Under the pieces are notes generated by a model. It was not told where the DNA came from, made no database searches, and saw only the letters and a program-made list of their open reading frames with translations. A stretch of DNA of 64,000 nt from a bacterium (GTDB lineage: Bacteria > UBA8248): positions 736,001 to 800,000 of the forward strand of contig CBDATS010000005.1 in the NCBI GenBank assembly GCA_965200245.1, in the 5' to 3' direction. The first letter of the stretch is position 1, and each line of letters begins with the position of its first letter. Positions 48,463-57,927 of the stretch are shown in pieces. Position numbers and translations under genes: made by a program.

Positions 48463-50250
48463 CTATGTAATGTTCCCCCCGTTCGCAGCACTTTTCGTTT
48501 CACCGGAAAGGGACATTTCCTCGTTCACAAACTGCATCTTGTAGAGCCTACGGTACAAGCCGCCCTGCTTCATCAATTCATCGTGCGTCCCCCTCTCCAC
48601 GATTCGTCCCCCATCCAGCACGATGATCGCATCGGCGTTTCGAACCGTGGAGAGCCTGTGAGCCACCACGAACGTGGTGCGATCTTTCATCAGAGGCTCC
48701 AGGGCTTCTTGAATCAATTGCTCACTCTCCGTGTCGAGTGCACTCGTGGCCTCGTCGAGCAGCAAAATAGCAGGGTCTCTCAAAATCGCGCGCGCAATGG
48801 CGATGCGCTGGCGTTCCCCGCCGGACAGGCGCACCCCCTCCTCGCCCAGCAGAGTCTCATACCCGTTTTCAAGCTCCGCAATGAAATCATGGGCATTGGC
48901 CGCTTTCGCCGCCGAGACTACTTCTTCACGGCTGACGGGACTTTTTGCGCCATAGGAGATGTTGTTCGCCGCCGTATCGTTGAACAGGATCACCTGCTGG
49001 GTCACCACGGCGATCTGGGCGCGCAGGCTGTTCAGTGAATATACGGACGCCTCTTTGCCATCGAAGAAAATACTCCCCCGACCGGGCAGATAGAAACGCG
49101 GAATCAAATCCAGCAACGTACTTTTCCCTGCACCGCTCATTCCAACGACGGCCAGCGTGCATCCCGCCGGCACTTCAATGTTGATATCTTCCAGCGTCGC
49201 TTCGTCCGTGTAGGAAAAATAGACATGCTCGAATCGAATGTTTCCGGAAAGCTGCTCCATCACTTCGCCAGCGGGGTTCTTGTTCTCCGGAGCATGCTCG
49301 TCGAGAACCTCGAAAACCGACTGTCCCCCCGCAATGCCCTCCACAAGACTGTGAAACACGCGGGTGAAGGATTTCAACGGGTGGTAGGCCATGCCGAGGG
49401 CGACAGCGAAACTCGTCAGCTTTCCCGGATCCATGTTCCCCTGTATGACCGCCTGCGCGCCGAACCACAGAATTCCCGCTCCCATCAGGCCCCCGATGAT
49501 TTCCACTATGGGGGCCGCCAGCGAACGAACGCGCATGGCGCGCATGATGGTATCGAAAAAAGAACGGGTGGCGCGCATGAAACGAGCCTCTTCCGCATCT
49601 TCGGTTCCAAATGCCTTGACGACGCGAATACCTCCATAGGTTTCCTTCATGAGGCTGCTCATGTCCCCCATGCGCACCTGGGTCCTCCGCGTGATTCGGC
49701 GAATCTTCTCTCCCATCGTCAAAACCAGAACCGCCACCAAAGGGACGAGCACGATGAAGATCAGCGCCATTCGGGGACTCTGGTAAATCGCCACTCCGAG
49801 CAGGGCGATGAAGGTAAACCCGTTTCGGAGCAAATCCCGCACAGATTCCGTCGCCGCATGCTGCATCAAGGAGATGTCGTATATGACTTTCGACATCAAC
49901 TCTCCGGTCGTCTTCATCTCAAAAAAACGGAGCGGCAAATTCACGAGGTGGCGGTGAAGCTCGTTTCTGACATCCATCACCACATGCTGACCGACCCAAA
50001 GCATGTAATAGTTCTGGCAATACGCAGCAAAGCCTTTCACCGCATAGACGACGACGAGGGAGAGACAAATCAACAGGACGATGTCGGAACGCTTGGAGAT
50101 CAAGATATCGTTGATGACGTGCTGAACGAGGTACGCGGGATATGCATTGAGACCGCCCACGACGATTGTGCAGACTACGGCGACACCGAACCGAAACCAG
50201 TATGGCCGCAGGTATTCCAAGAGTCTGAGATACACCCGGGTACGGCTCAT
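48463..50250 (-). CDS. msbA: Lipid A export ABC transporter
   Basis: TM domain plus GMSGAGKST, LSGGERQR and LDEATSALD; located in the LPS cluster. Confidence 0.85.
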   Translation of the reverse strand: MSRTRVYLRLLEYLRPYWFRFGVAVVCTIVVGGLNAYPAYLVQHVINDILISKRSDIVLLICLSLVVVYAVKGFAAYCQNYYMLWVGQHVVMDVRNELHRHLVNLPLRFFEMKTTGELMSKVIYDISLMQHAATESVRDLLRNGFTFIALLGVAIYQSPRMALIFIVLVPLVAVLVLTMGEKIRRITRRTQVRMGDMSSLMKETYGGIRVVKAFGTEDAEEARFMRATRSFFDTIMRAMRVRSLAAPIVEIIGGLMGAGILWFGAQAVIQGNMDPGKLTSFAVALGMAYHPLKSFTRVFHSLVEGIAGGQSVFEVLDEHAPENKNPAGEVMEQLSGNIRFEHVYFSYTDEATLEDINIEVPAGCTLAVVGMSGAGKSTLLDLIPRFYLPGRGSIFFDGKEASVYSLNSLRAQIAVVTQQVILFNDTAANNISYGAKSPVSREEVVSAAKAANAHDFIAELENGYETLLGEEGVRLSGGERQRIAIARAILRDPAILLLDEATSALDTESEQLIQEALEPLMKDRTTFVVAHRLSTVRNADAIIVLDGGRIVERGTHDELMKQGGLYRRLYKMQFVNEEMSLSGETKSAANGGNIT

Positions 50251-50359
50251 TCGTCATTCTCCGCAATATTGGAATCGTATAGCGGGCCTACCTGGCTCTG
50301 CACTGCGCATGGCTGGGGTGATTTCATAAGCACACGCTGAGGGTGTTCACGTCCTCAAT

Positions 50360-51147
50360 ACAGTTCCCACACAAGACGGTGCGCATGTACGCGTGACAGG
50401 CGGATTCTGCCAATACGCATAAACCCTTTAAGGCCCATCTTCAGGGAATAGCTCCTGAAAAAATGCAAGAGGACGGATGACGAAATCGGTGATACCGGGC
50501 TGCGCTCCGTGAAAAAACAATTCTTCCGTCGACAACCTAGCGAATTTCACCTGCTTTTGTAAAAACCGAAAAGCGAATCATCGCAGCTTTTAGCGATCCA
50601 AGGGGGATGCAAGTGCATCTACTCACCCTTTCGCCACCACGGACTTGCACACGCTTTTCTCGTTGAACAATCTGGCGTCTCGCCTGAACAATCGCCGTTC
50701 GCAATCCGGCCAAAGATCACCATGACGAGACCAGGAATCAAGGAATATGTTCTCCCGGGACACACAATGCCCATCACAAGGGCCATCGGCGGACAAAACG
50801 AAGAGAATTTCTTTCGCGAGTTCAGGACTTACGCACTCCTTCGCGTCCTGACTCAACATCCAGGAATGATTCGCCTTTGAGGAAACGAAATTTTGCGACG
50901 CACAACCTTGCCAGGGATTTTGAATAAACAACGCGCCATGTTCTCGGCAAATTTCCCGGGTGGCGTCTGCACTGCCCACATCCCCGACGAGGAACTCATG
51001 CGCCCGGGATGTGCTGTCGATACACGCGCCAACGCGCTTCGCTTCGTTTCGGACGATAATCGTGACGCTCACCGGTTTTCGTATCGATTTGAAAACAGGC
51101 TTGTTTCGCGCATCGGCTTCGGCAGACGTTTCCACCAAGCCGGACAT
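50360..51147 (-). pseudogene. Decayed GT2 LPS glycosyltransferase (WaaE/KdtX-like)
   Basis: SVTIIVRNEA start; eroded motifs (GDVGSAD, WMLSQDAKE). TGA at 50623, then further stops and a frameshift in a frame still reading VIRPLAFF..YSLKMG..WEL. Confidence 0.75.
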
Positions 51148-51151
51148 TTTC

Positions 51152-51349
51152 CTAACCTCTCCCCTCTGTTTTCTCCCACTCACCGAGCGGGATGGCTTCG
51201 TCTTCGAGCATAATCGGGATACCGTCTTCGATTTTATAGACAAGACCCGATTCCCGGGCGATCAAGTAATTCCCGTCCCCGCTCAACTCGAGCGGGGTCT
51301 TGGTGACGGGACAAGCCAATATGTCCAACAACTCCTTGTCGACACTCAT
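51152..51349 (-). CDS. Trm112/YcaR family protein
   Basis: LLDILACP..K..L...YKIEDGIPIML..EA. Confidence 0.9.
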   Translation of the reverse strand: MSVDKELLDILACPVTKTPLELSGDGNYLIARESGLVYKIEDGIPIMLEDEAIPLGEWEKTEGRG

Positions 51350-51441
51350 TTTCCGGTTATCTCCAATTTCCAATCAAACCCCTGAAAAACTGTTTTTTCT
51401 TTTTTGAAAGATCGCTAGTTTCGCATATTTCGCCATCTATT

Positions 51442-52491
51442 TCATGGGGCAGCCCGAAGACGGTTCAGCGCATCCATCGCATCTTCGATCCGCACGCGAT
51501 CCAGGCACTCGATATCGGGGCATTTTCTCGCATAGCAGTCGCTACAGGCGAGACGGTGATGCAAAACCGAATTCCCCTCTCCCCACGGACCGTTTCTCAC
51601 GGGTTTCGTGGGTCCCATAATCGCCAAGCATCGAACCCCCAAGGCAGCGGCAATGTGCAAAGGACCCGAGTCACCGCCGACAAAAAAAGAACCGCGCCGA
51701 ATCAGCGCCATCATTTCCCGAACACTCGTCGCGGGAGTAACGTGGGGCCGCGTTCTCGTGGCCGCGGTCACCTCCTCCACCATCTTTTCGTCCCCCGGAC
51801 CCCAAATCAGGAGAACATTTCCCAAGCCGCTTTCATGCCAGTAATCGGCGAGTTGCGCAAAACGGGCCGTGTCCCAGCGTTTTGTCACCCAACCGCCGCC
51901 AGGGTGAATCACTAGCAATGCAGCATCTCTGTGCATACCCACATTCTCAAGATACTTTTCCGCCCACTCACGCTCTTCTTTCGTTTCATGAAGCGGAAAG
52001 CGGTATTCATGTTTCGGAGGAGCTGGTAAGCCCAACGACTCCATGAAAGACAGGTTTTTCTCCACGACGTGGTGGGGACTTTCCGGCGGCTGCACGTGAT
52101 GTGTCGTGAAAAGCACGTTCATCCCCTCTCGGCAAAAACGATGCTCGAACCCGACGCGAACGGGCGCTCCCGACGCCCACGCCACAAAACCGCTTTTGAT
52201 CAGCCCCTGGGCGTCGACCGCCACGTCTGCACCTGCGTTCCTGACCGCCAACAAGTCGTGCCTGAGAGCAGAGAAACCGCCTGTGAGCACATTTTTCCGC
52301 CACACCCTGGTGTCGATAGTCAGGATTTCGTCGATATCCGGATTTTCCAGAAGCACTTCCCCCGGGACTGGCTCGACCACCCAAGTGATGTGAGAATCGG
52401 GCCGTGCATCCTTGATGGCCGACGCCAAGGGAAGGGTATGGACAACGTCGCCTATCGCTCCCAAGCGGACAATGAGGAAACGCTCACCCAT
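51442..52491 (-). CDS. waaC: LPS heptosyltransferase I (GT9)
   Basis: IVRLGAIGDVVHTLP, DAQGLIKS, KRW and GDSGPLH motifs. Confidence 0.8.
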   Translation of the reverse strand: MGERFLIVRLGAIGDVVHTLPLASAIKDARPDSHITWVVEPVPGEVLLENPDIDEILTIDTRVWRKNVLTGGFSALRHDLLAVRNAGADVAVDAQGLIKSGFVAWASGAPVRVGFEHRFCREGMNVLFTTHHVQPPESPHHVVEKNLSFMESLGLPAPPKHEYRFPLHETKEEREWAEKYLENVGMHRDAALLVIHPGGGWVTKRWDTARFAQLADYWHESGLGNVLLIWGPGDEKMVEEVTAATRTRPHVTPATSVREMMALIRRGSFFVGGDSGPLHIAAALGVRCLAIMGPTKPVRNGPWGEGNSVLHHRLACSDCYARKCPDIECLDRVRIEDAMDALNRLRAAP

Positions 52492-52555
52492 CCGTAGCCC
52501 CTTTTTCGATGCGCCCGGAAACCTTCTCCGGCTTGCAGTCCGTTCACGTTGATGT

Positions 52556-53548
52556 TCACACGCTCTCCCCCTCGAACACCGCCAAGAGTTCATGGGGCTC
52601 CACAACTGCAGTCCCCGCCTTCATCACCACCAGTCCAGCCGCGCGATTCGCTATCTCCGCCGCCTCGTGCATCGAGGCACCCGAAGCGAGCGAGAGCGTT
52701 AAAGCGGCGATTACCGTGTCCCCCGCCCCGGTCACATCGAGCACCTGTTCCGACCCATAGATGGGAATGTCCACTCCCGGAGAATCGCCCTCGAACAGCG
52801 TCATCCCCTTGTCGCCCCGGGTAAGCAGGACCGCCCGCGCGTCTGTTATTTCGAGCAAAGAAGTTCCCGCCTCATCCAGCCGATCCTTATCGGGCCGATA
52901 CCCGAGCAACCCTTCGGCTTCCTCCTCATTTGGCGTAATAGCCGTAGCCCCCGGAAACGAGTCTCCCGCATAGCGGCTATCCACCGTGACGATGAGTTCG
53001 CCGGATAACGCCCGCATAGCCTCCTTGACGCCCTTCGTCACCACGCCAAGTCCATAGTCCGAGATCAAAATAGCATCCAGCCCGTCATTTGCCATCCGCT
53101 TGATTTCACGCAACATCTGCGATTCGATTCTCTTGCCGAGTTCCAGTTTCTTTTCATGATCTACGCGGATCACCTGCTGACGCTTCGTGTTGCGTCCCCC
53201 CGCCATAATGCGTGTCTTCCTGGGAGTGACACGCCCGGAATCTTTCCATAAAAACCCGGTGTCGATTCGGCGGCCGCCCATCGCGTGAAGGATCGCTTCG
53301 CCCACTTCATCGGCCCCCAGCGCGCCGACGGCCCACACGTTCCCGCCCAGAGCTGCCGCATTCATCGCTGCATTGCCGCCACCGCCGGGAACGATCTCTC
53401 GATCTATAAAATCCAGAACGAGCACGGGCGCTTCGCGGCTGATGCGCGATGTGGCACCGTGGATGAACTCATCCGCAATGAAATCACCGATTACTGCCAT
53501 GCGGATGGACGAGAATTTTTGGATGTAACCTGCCAGATGCGCATCCAT
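52556..53548 (-). CDS. D-glycero-D-manno-heptose-7-phosphate kinase (RfaE domain I / HldA)
   Basis: RISREAPV, SDYGLG, TPN and DVTGAGDT motifs; no adenylyltransferase domain. Confidence 0.88.
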   Translation of the reverse strand: MDAHLAGYIQKFSSIRMAVIGDFIADEFIHGATSRISREAPVLVLDFIDREIVPGGGGNAAMNAAALGGNVWAVGALGADEVGEAILHAMGGRRIDTGFLWKDSGRVTPRKTRIMAGGRNTKRQQVIRVDHEKKLELGKRIESQMLREIKRMANDGLDAILISDYGLGVVTKGVKEAMRALSGELIVTVDSRYAGDSFPGATAITPNEEEAEGLLGYRPDKDRLDEAGTSLLEITDARAVLLTRGDKGMTLFEGDSPGVDIPIYGSEQVLDVTGAGDTVIAALTLSLASGASMHEAAEIANRAAGLVVMKAGTAVVEPHELLAVFEGESV

Positions 53549-53549
53549 G

Positions 53550-54152
53550 CTAGTGATTCCCAGTCTCGCGCAAGATGAGTTCTACAGCATGGTAGGCGTC
53601 TTCCGCCACGAAATCAGGTTGCCGGGGCCACTGTGCTCCGCGAAGTTCCCGCTCCCCCCGGCCATACCCCGAGAGCACAAGACCAGACCTGCAACCCGCG
53701 CGCCAGCCCGCTTCCAGATCGGAATACTTGTCTCCCAGCATGACGGATTTCTCCAAGTCGACATCGTGTTCCTCAGCCGCCTTGAGGATCATGCCAGGAT
53801 AGGGCTTGCGCATTTTGCAATCAATCGCGTAATCGAGGTCGTCTCCACTCGGAACGTGGGGACAATAGTAGACGGCGTCGAGCCGCGCGCTCTTAGCGCC
53901 CAGTTCATCCTGAAGCTTTCGATGCACCTTTTCGATCATTGTTTCAGGGAAGTAACCCCGCGCCACGCCAGCCTGATTCGTGATCAGGATGGCGAGCCAG
54001 CCCGCCTCGTTCACTTTCCGCACAGCCGCTGCCGCTCTCGGGAGGAGTTCGTACACATCAAGATGAGTAACGTAGCCAACGTCACGATTCAAAGTTCCGT
54101 CCCTGTCGAAAAACACGGCCGGTATTTCGCCTGACCTTTTTTCATTGCCCAT
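53550..54152 (-). CDS. gmhB: Heptose-1,7-bisphosphate phosphatase
   Basis: DRDGTL, TNQAG, YYCPH, RKP.PGM and GDK..D motifs. Confidence 0.88.
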   Translation of the reverse strand: MGNEKRSGEIPAVFFDRDGTLNRDVGYVTHLDVYELLPRAAAAVRKVNEAGWLAILITNQAGVARGYFPETMIEKVHRKLQDELGAKSARLDAVYYCPHVPSGDDLDYAIDCKMRKPYPGMILKAAEEHDVDLEKSVMLGDKYSDLEAGWRAGCRSGLVLSGYGRGERELRGAQWPRQPDFVAEDAYHAVELILRETGNH

Positions 54153-54189
54153 TCTTGCTTATCCTTCGTTTTTCGTTCAGCAATCCGGC

Positions 54190-54357
54190 GACTTCACTCG
54201 CCATCTGTTCGTTTCATGCAATCGTGATTAGTCAAAAGGGTATGTTCTCGCGTAACTCGGGGGACAATCGAGGGCCCTTGCGCATGTCCCGTTTCCATGG
54301 GCCTCTCGGCGTCGTTTGACGATAATCCGTGGGTCCGAACAGTGCAATCGTCGCCTC
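54190..54357 (-). pseudogene. C-terminal remnant of a GT9 heptosyltransferase (WaaF-like)
   Basis: Manual translation EATIALFGPTDYRQTTPRGPWKRDMRKG, then frameshifted LDC, SPSYARTYP and TNHDCMKR. No N-terminal part is present. Confidence 0.65.
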
Positions 54358-54516
54358 ACCTTGAATCACGGGGAAAAAACCAAAACCCCATTTCTTTCAA
54401 CGCTATCAACCAGCGTTACAGGCGTCAATGAACATGAAAACACGCTTTGCAATCCGCCAATCGCTCATATAGTGTGATGAGAACCCATCAAGACACCACA
54501 TCCCAGAGGGTTTCAC

Positions 54517-55734
54517 TTGAAGACATTGCACCGATATATCCTAGGTGAATTGGTGTCCTATCTTCTCATATCCTTGTTCTTCCTCACGTTCGTCCTCTTG
54601 TTGCACAAAATGTTTCAATTCACGGATTTGGTAGTGAACCGTGGAGTGCCGATCACCATTGTGGCGCAATTTCTTATCGCCGCCCTGCCTGTACTGCTCT
54701 CCGTCACCCTGCTTATGTCCATTCTCATTTCGAGCATCATGGTGTTCAGCCGCATGTCGAGCGACAGCGAATCGCTCGCGATGACCGCCTCGGGCATGAC
54801 TTTTTACTCACAACTCATCCCCGTGGCGGCCGTGGGGACAGTTGCAGCCGTCCTGAACGGATTTCTCATGGTGTTCGGCCTGCCCTGGAGTCACGACTTC
54901 ACCTCGGAACTCGGAAAGCGAATGCTTCATAGCAGGGTCGCCGCCTTCGATCTCAGAGAACAGGTTTTTCACAGCCAGTTCGATGGAGTCATGTTCTACG
55001 TGCAAAAAACCGAAGACTCGGGCAAGACGATGAAAGGCATCATCATTTCAGACACCAGAGAGGCCGGTACCAACCGGGTCATCTTCGCGGAACGCGGTAT
55101 GCTCATCAAATCGAAAGCATCCTCCGGAATTTGGCTGCGCCTCGTCGGAGGAACCGTCCACACCGTCAGCAGCTCAGAGAAAATTCCCGAGGACATAACT
55201 GATACGAGTGAAGATTTCTCTTACTCGGGAGACCACTATCAAATCGCGCGCTTCGAGAACTACGACCTCAATTTCGATTTCGCGCAATCCATCGGTAAAT
55301 CGAAAGCACTCAGGAGAAGCCTGCGATCCTTTCCCGTCGATGAACTCAGAAACAAATTGAAACAACACGAGCCGGGAACGGGCAGATACAACGCCATTCT
55401 CGTCGAATTGCAAAAGAAATTCGCGGCGCCTTTCACTTGTCTCTTGCTGGCGTTGGTGGGAGCACCGCTCGGCGTGCGGAACAGACGATCGGGACGACAC
55501 GGCGGCTTTGCCCTGAGCCTGGGTGTTATGATTCTCTATTACATGCTCGTCACCTTCGCCGAAGGCTTGGCGGAAAGCGGAAACATGACCGTTTCAGTCG
55601 CCGTATGGGGCCCGAACGCGTTGCTGGCCATTCTCGCCGGTTATCTGGTGCAAACCGTCGGACGGCGCGGCGCCATCAACACCTGGAGTCTGCTGTCGAA
55701 ACCCTTCTCCTTGTTCATCCGGCAAAAAACGTAA
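54517..55734 (+). CDS. lptF: LPS export permease LptF
   Basis: LHRYI, RMSSDSE..AM.ASG, ELQKKF, PLG and VWGPN motifs. Confidence 0.88.
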   Translation: MKTLHRYILGELVSYLLISLFFLTFVLLLHKMFQFTDLVVNRGVPITIVAQFLIAALPVLLSVTLLMSILISSIMVFSRMSSDSESLAMTASGMTFYSQLIPVAAVGTVAAVLNGFLMVFGLPWSHDFTSELGKRMLHSRVAAFDLREQVFHSQFDGVMFYVQKTEDSGKTMKGIIISDTREAGTNRVIFAERGMLIKSKASSGIWLRLVGGTVHTVSSSEKIPEDITDTSEDFSYSGDHYQIARFENYDLNFDFAQSIGKSKALRRSLRSFPVDELRNKLKQHEPGTGRYNAILVELQKKFAAPFTCLLLALVGAPLGVRNRRSGRHGGFALSLGVMILYYMLVTFAEGLAESGNMTVSVAVWGPNALLAILAGYLVQTVGRRGAINTWSLLSKPFSLFIRQKT

Positions 55735-55743
55735 AATCCCGCC

Positions 55744-56832
55744 ATGAGCATACTAGAACGCTACATATTGAAGCAGTTCTTCAAAATGGCGTTTCTTTGC
55801 CAATCGGGAGCCATCACTCTTTTCCTCATCGCGGAGTTCATCGAGCGAATCGACGATTTCATCGAAGAGAACGCGACGCTGACCGACGGGACGCTTTATT
55901 TTCTTTTCAAAATACCCCATCTCGTCTTTCTCTCCGTTCCGCTCACCGTTCTTCTGTCGAGCACGTTAACGCTGATCCTTTTCTCCAGGGAGAACGAGGT
56001 TCTCGCCATGCGCGCAGGTGGCCTGAGCCTATTCCGAATCATTGCGCCCATCCTCATCGCCAGCCTGGGGATCAGCTTTCTCACTTTCGGAGCGAATGAA
56101 TACATCGTTCCGTTCACCAACGAGCGCGTGGAATACATCTGGCGGGTCAAAATCAAGAAAACCGGGCCGCAAACGCATTCACAGAGAGGAAAAATCTGGT
56201 ACCGTTCGAAAGACGGCTCCATCTGGCGCATCACACACTACGATCCATTATCCAAAACAATGAGAGGCGTCACCCTGTACCGAATGGACGGGCGAAACCG
56301 CCTGAAGCAGCGCATTGACGCAGCCGAGGCGGTTTGGACGCCTGTGGAAAAACATTGGGAATTCCGCAAAGGTTTCATCCACGACTTTGCGGGCGAAGGA
56401 AAAATCAAGCAACAAACCTTTCAAAGAAAAGTTTTCGCGCTCGAAGAAGTGCCCAAGAACTTCGAAAAAACAGGCGCGAACCCAGAGACGATGAATTATC
56501 AGGAACTTGGTCGCTACATCAAAGACTTGCGCGACCGCGGCGCAAACACCACCCGCTACGCCGTAGACTTGTGGGCGAAAGTTTCCGCTCCATTCATTTG
56601 TTTCGTATTGGCCATTGTGGGTGTGCCTTTCTCCATACGAAGCAGCAGAAGCGGAGGAGCCGCCCTGGGTGTCGCCACTGCCATCGGAATCGGCGCCGTC
56701 TATCTCGTTCTTTTCCACGCGAGCCTGTCGTTCGGACACGCCGGACGCCTGCCGCCCATCCTGGCGGCATGGGGACCGAATGCAATTTTCCTCGCGGGAG
56801 GGGCCTATCTGCTCGCTTCCATCAGAACGTGA
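55744..56832 (+). CDS. lptG: LPS export permease LptG
   Basis: ILERYI, NEVLAMRAGG, PETMNY.EL and LAAWGPN motifs. Confidence 0.88.
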   Translation: MSILERYILKQFFKMAFLCQSGAITLFLIAEFIERIDDFIEENATLTDGTLYFLFKIPHLVFLSVPLTVLLSSTLTLILFSRENEVLAMRAGGLSLFRIIAPILIASLGISFLTFGANEYIVPFTNERVEYIWRVKIKKTGPQTHSQRGKIWYRSKDGSIWRITHYDPLSKTMRGVTLYRMDGRNRLKQRIDAAEAVWTPVEKHWEFRKGFIHDFAGEGKIKQQTFQRKVFALEEVPKNFEKTGANPETMNYQELGRYIKDLRDRGANTTRYAVDLWAKVSAPFICFVLAIVGVPFSIRSSRSGGAALGVATAIGIGAVYLVLFHASLSFGHAGRLPPILAAWGPNAIFLAGGAYLLASIRT

Positions 56833-56841
56833 TGTGGTCGT

Positions 56842-57927
56842 TCAATCTGAAAACGCCATTTTCTCGATTAAGTCACTCAGACTCACCTCATCGTCAATCC
56901 GCATCACTACACGAAGGACACGAAACGGTGCTTTGCTGAGCAAAGAAGACAGCTTCACCGCATCCTTTTCGGTGGTCAGAATGAATTCGGCCCCTGTGTC
57001 CTGCAACGACGAAACGATCCGCACTCCATCTGCCAGCGCGTAATTGGCATGATCCGGATATTCGTGATGCGCCAGCACCTCGGCATCCAGCGATTCAAGC
57101 AACTTCTCGAAGCCACGCGGATTCCCCAACCCGCTCACGGCGACGACCTTGACACCTCTCAAATCCTCCGGTGCGCCCGCTATCTCCCCTCGTGCATCCA
57201 GGAGCGCATCAGGCGCAAGATGTCCCGTGAAAATCGGAACATCCGGTGCAAGGGAGTGAATTTCCGATCTCGTTTGAGCACAGCACTCACCCGTCACCAA
57301 TACAACATTTGCACGCCCCAAAGCCGAAACGGGCTCCCGAAGAACGCCTGCGGGAACCACCCTGCCGTTTCCAAAAGGAAAATCCCCGCGCAAAACCACC
57401 ACGTCCACGTCGCGGTCAAGCGCCAAATGCTGGAACCCGTCGTCGAGCACGACGACATCGGCCTCGAATTCTTCCACCGCTTTTTCCGCAACGAAAGAAC
57501 GCTCGGCACCCGTCAAAACGACGAGGTCAGGATAGCGTCGCGCGAGCATCGCCGCCTCATCCGCGGCCGGCGGCGAGGTCATGAGGCTTCCCTTTCCGTC
57601 GCCCACGACCAGCACGTCCCTGGGCCTCGCGCCATAGCCCCTGCTCACGATAGCGGGTCTTCTTCCCTGCAAGGCCAGTTTTTCCGCCAGCCATGCGACC
57701 GTGGGCGTCTTGCCCGTCCCTCCGAGAGTGAGGTTGCCAATCGAAATGACGGGCGCAGGGTTTTTCGCGACACGGACTTTCCCTGTTTCATAGCGCCTGC
57801 GTCGACTCGCCATGGCGGCACCGTAGATACTTCCCAGTGGAGACAGGCTCTTCGCCAAGGCATGAGACCAGGCAGGGGAGGAGGGGTCGCTCTCCCAGGC
57901 CTTTAGAATCGAGCGCCGAAAACTCAT
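56842..57927 (-). CDS. lpxK: Tetraacyldisaccharide 4'-kinase
   Basis: GNLTLGGTGKTP, SRGYG, LDDGFQH and TTEKDAVK motifs. Confidence 0.93.
   Translation of the reverse strand: MSFRRSILKAWESDPSSPAWSHALAKSLSPLGSIYGAAMASRRRRYETGKVRVAKNPAPVISIGNLTLGGTGKTPTVAWLAEKLALQGRRPAIVSRGYGARPRDVLVVGDGKGSLMTSPPAADEAAMLARRYPDLVVLTGAERSFVAEKAVEEFEADVVVLDDGFQHLALDRDVDVVVLRGDFPFGNGRVVPAGVLREPVSALGRANVVLVTGECCAQTRSEIHSLAPDVPIFTGHLAPDALLDARGEIAGAPEDLRGVKVVAVSGLGNPRGFEKLLESLDAEVLAHHEYPDHANYALADGVRIVSSLQDTGAEFILTTEKDAVKLSSLLSKAPFRVLRVVMRIDDEVSLSDLIEKMAFSD

Noticed and set aside
49225-50340. 371-aa plus-strand ORF
   Set aside because: Antisense shadow of msbA.
50623-50625. TGA in the GT2 gene as a recoding site
   Set aside because: Followed by TAA and further stops, and the catalytic motifs are eroded; a pseudogene explains it better.
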